The translations under genes were made by a program, and so were the position numbers. DNA of 47,967 nucleotides from a virus (lineage: Duplodnaviria; Caudoviricetes). Under the pieces are notes generated by a model. It was not told the DNA's origin. It was given only the letters and a program-made list of their open reading frames with translations, and did no database searches. How positions within the stretch are numbered: the stretch's first letter is position 1; each line of letters opens with the position of its first letter. Where the stretch lies: positions 1 through 47,967 of IMG/VR virus record IMGVR_UViG_3300030202_002181; one strand, given 5' to 3'. This document shows positions 45,823 through 47,967 of this stretch, one piece after another.

Positions 45823-46964
45823 TACAATCCCTCCTGCCATTTAGCGACGTCGTCGGCGCTCACGCCCCACTCTGCGAGAAGGGTCTGGCTCTTTGCCTTG
45901 TCGTCGCTCCAGTTCGAGTACCTAACCACTCTTTTGAGTTCTTCTTTCCTCATAGAGTCTGGCTCCTCAATAAAAGCAAGCACTGCTTTTGCCTGAGTTT
46001 TCTTCATCTGAAGATGAGGCATAATCTTGTCAAGCAATTTTTTGATATCGCCTTTGGAGTAGAATTGCAATCTGTGTTGGCTTCTTTGGCTATCTTTGTA
46101 CACTTTCTGGTCAAGTTGTAAAACACCACAGTCCAAGACTTTTCTAAGTTCCTCGCAATGTAGTCTACCTCTTGTGCCAGTAGCGATGAAACCTGCTCTT
46201 GGCTCGCCTCTCTTTGTTATAGTAATGTAACCATCAGCGTCAAGGAAACCAGCAGCATAAGCGTATGGGTCTTTGAGGACAAGACCGTGTTTGTCCATCT
46301 TGACGAATGTACCTCTTTGTGCTCCATTAACAATATCAACCTCTTCTCCATATAGAGACAAAAGTTTGGAGAGTTTGTTGGCAGTTAGCCCCGGCATCTT
46401 CTCAATACTATCAGATTCAAACAGAGCTCTAGCGCTCATAGGTCCGTTCATTTTGAGAAGATTGACACATTTGCTGATTGTTTCTTGCTCTTTACCAGTG
46501 AGTCTGTCCATCTGTGAGAGTGTAGACTTCCACATCTTACGAGCATCTTTCTTCATGCTCATTGCATCTACCCAAGTTTTTCTCTCTTCATCACCCCATA
46601 CCTCCTCGTGCTCATTCAGCATCTTGAGGGTCTCATCTGCGTTTCTCCACATGAGGCATGCTTTGACTAAACCTACCTTACGGGTGTCGTAGAACTTTCT
46701 GAGGGACTTGAGGCTTTTGTCCGATAGGTCAAAGTTTCTTATTTCTCCAAGATACTCATTAGCCCAATCAACTGATTTTAAAGTCATCTCGACTTCCATG
46801 GCTTTGAGCATTCTAACATCTTGAATCAAAGCATCAATATCTTGCTTCTCATCTTTGTTGTGTCTTCTTGCTTTTCTCAGTCTTGATACAATCTCAGTAG
46901 CACTGACGCCAAGGTTATCTTCAAACCATCCGTCACCGCTAACTGAAAATGAACTCATATCCAA
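45822..46964 (-). CDS. Free-standing LAGLIDADG endonuclease-domain protein with a long helical N-terminal extension (380 aa)
   Basis: YAYAAGFLDADGYITI followed by a typical single-motif LAGLIDADG fold (...LLDKIMPHLQMKKTQAKAVLAF). Confidence 0.85.
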   Translation of the reverse strand: MDMSSFSVSGDGWFEDNLGVSATEIVSRLRKARRHNKDEKQDIDALIQDVRMLKAMEVEMTLKSVDWANEYLGEIRNFDLSDKSLKSLRKFYDTRKVGLVKACLMWRNADETLKMLNEHEEVWGDEERKTWVDAMSMKKDARKMWKSTLSQMDRLTGKEQETISKCVNLLKMNGPMSARALFESDSIEKMPGLTANKLSKLLSLYGEEVDIVNGAQRGTFVKMDKHGLVLKDPYAYAAGFLDADGYITITKRGEPRAGFIATGTRGRLHCEELRKVLDCGVLQLDQKVYKDSQRSQHRLQFYSKGDIKKLLDKIMPHLQMKKTQAKAVLAFIEEPDSMRKEELKRVVRYSNWSDDKAKSQTLLAEWGVSADDVAKWQEGL

Positions 46965-47017
46965 GACGTCCTGTTTTCATTGTCGTTCTTTACGTGTGTT
47001 GTGTTGTTTTCATACAT

Positions 47018-47967
47018 TTATGGCACCATCCATGAAGGGGTCGACCGCCCACCCCTAAACCAGTTGTCGAAACCCGGCATATAATCATCAAGGAGCATTA
47101 CTGACCCTCTGAACTCCTTTGAGGCCCAATTAGCAAGAGCTATACTCATGGCTAAGTCGTCATGAACACCAACGCTTTCTAACTTGCCATTCTTCTGCAT
47201 ACCAAACCTATTGAGTTCCTGCATGACTTGATTTGTATAGTTTCTACTTCTCTCATCACCATATGGTAATTTGATTTGTTCTTGTTCAAATGCAAGGAGG
47301 AGCGACATAAACAGCGACTCCTTCTTTGTACGTGTGGTCATGAATACCCTGATTGGCATGTCAGAGGCTAACTCCCTCATTTCCTGCTCAAGCATTCTTT
47401 GGAAGTTGTTACCCTCAAGTTCTATCAAATCAGGTTTGAATTTGTTATTAAGTAAAACCATCATGCGCTTTTGCGCCATCGACGACATACCTCTCTCATG
47501 GACAACATGAACTATCTCCTTTATCTCTTCATCTGGCTTTATCCTCATTACAGTCATGGCAGTAAAGTCAGCGTTTTTATCAGATGCGATAGCGGGGTCA
47601 TGACCAATGAAGTGATGACCAAAGACACCATCAGCCTCACCCTCTTCATTGTAGAAAGTCTCAGCCCTGTCAATCAATACCAAGTTAGTGTCTTTTGCTT
47701 TCTCTAGCATGTCCATCGGGAACATACTCGCTACATCATGGATTGGCTCACATAGATACTCACGGCTGAATTGTATAGCAGGCATCGAAAGCCTCCTCTC
47801 GTTCAGTGCCTCTAAGTTCCAGCGGTCGGGCCAAAGAGCCTCGCCCTTCTCGTTTATTGCCGGGAATGTCTCTACTCTAAACGTCTCTTTCTGCTCCAAC
47901 TCGGCATAAAGGTCGTTGTAGGAGAACGGTGTACCAACCATCATCAGTTTGCTACTGTGGTGCAAAA
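47018..47967 (-). CDS. terL: Terminase large subunit, C-terminal part (end of ATPase plus RNase H-like nuclease); truncated by the window edge
   Basis: MMVGTP coupling motif, ALWPDRW, FSREYLCEP, IGHDPA...ADFTA, IELEGNNFQ and HDDLAMSIALA. Confidence 0.93.
   Translation of the reverse strand, partial: LHHSSKLMMVGTPFSYNDLYAELEQKETFRVETFPAINEKGEALWPDRWNLEALNERRLSMPAIQFSREYLCEPIHDVASMFPMDMLEKAKDTNLVLIDRAETFYNEEGEADGVFGHHFIGHDPAIASDKNADFTAMTVMRIKPDEEIKEIVHVVHERGMSSMAQKRMMVLLNNKFKPDLIELEGNNFQRMLEQEMRELASDMPIRVFMTTRTKKESLFMSLLLAFEQEQIKLPYGDERSRNYTNQVMQELNRFGMQKNGKLESVGVHDDLAMSIALANWASKEFRGSVMLLDDYMPGFDNWFRGGRSTPSWMVP

Larger units (their letters stand above)
1..47967 (-). mobile_element. Morphogenesis module of a tailed dsDNA virus (Caudoviricetes), probably archaeal and magrovirus-like (Marine Group II / Poseidoniales host)
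   Basis: Co-oriented terminase-portal-protease-MCP-adaptor-tube-chaperone-tape measure-fibre gene order. Archaeal-type GGTGA SD motifs precede many starts. No cellular genes or integration boundary are visible. The host assignment is inference. Confidence 0.9.

Noticed and set aside
45823-45840. Portal start at 45840 (MAGGIV...)
   Set aside because: ATG 45822 overlaps the upstream stop and has a well-spaced GGAGG, which is itself the source of the 'AGG' codons.
45822-46964. Intein or group I intron carrying the LAGLIDADG domain
   Set aside because: No Cys/Ser...His-Asn splicing motifs. The terminase C-terminus and portal both look intact, and there is no room for intron RNA structure.
3-47909. 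The many plus-strand ORFs (60-222 aa) in the track
   Set aside because: All lie antisense to long minus-strand genes and show the Val/Ser/Pro/Leu-rich composition expected of shadow frames; none has a recognisable motif.
1-47967. tRNA, rRNA or other ncRNA genes; alternative genetic code
   Set aside because: Intergenic gaps are under about 60 nt with no cloverleaf, and standard-code ORFs tile the window using all three stop codons.

Overview
The whole window is the virion-morphogenesis region of a large tailed dsDNA virus (Caudoviricetes, HK97-fold capsid). About 30 tightly packed genes all lie on the minus strand. Reading right to left: terminase large subunit (C-terminal part), a free-standing LAGLIDADG protein, a portal with Zn-ribbon insertions, four small Lys-rich or Cys-rich proteins, a 1737-aa protein ending in a degenerate ATP-dependent ligase fold, prohead protease/scaffold, major capsid protein, small virion proteins, head-tail adaptor, tail terminator, an enlarged tail tube, a SAP-domain protein, a tail chaperone pair joined by a canonical -1 slippery site, a very short tape measure, a distal-tail-like protein, a giant 5593-aa protein, hub/baseplate-like proteins and a run of paralogous fibre genes. 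GGTGA/GAGGTGA ribosome-binding sites, a TATA-like box and the look of the capsid, portal and protease point to an archaeal virus. It is most like the magroviruses of Marine Group II Euryarchaeota (Poseidoniales); this is recognition from memory, not a database result. The most notable signals are five. (1) A putative capsid-cargo system: a block of genes between terminase and capsid whose products share hydrophobic-x-K|[A/S/G] candidate protease sites, including a catalytically eroded ligase and a mini-scaffold paralog. (2) An alternating 'C-terminal domain / N-terminal RDFxVKxGL peptide' organisation of the fibre genes. (3) A 16.8-kb gene with compositional patches beside a 284-aa tape measure. 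(4) A -1 frameshift joining the tail chaperone ORFs. (5) Two real-looking ORFs missing from the supplied track. No RNA genes, CRISPR arrays or IS elements were seen.
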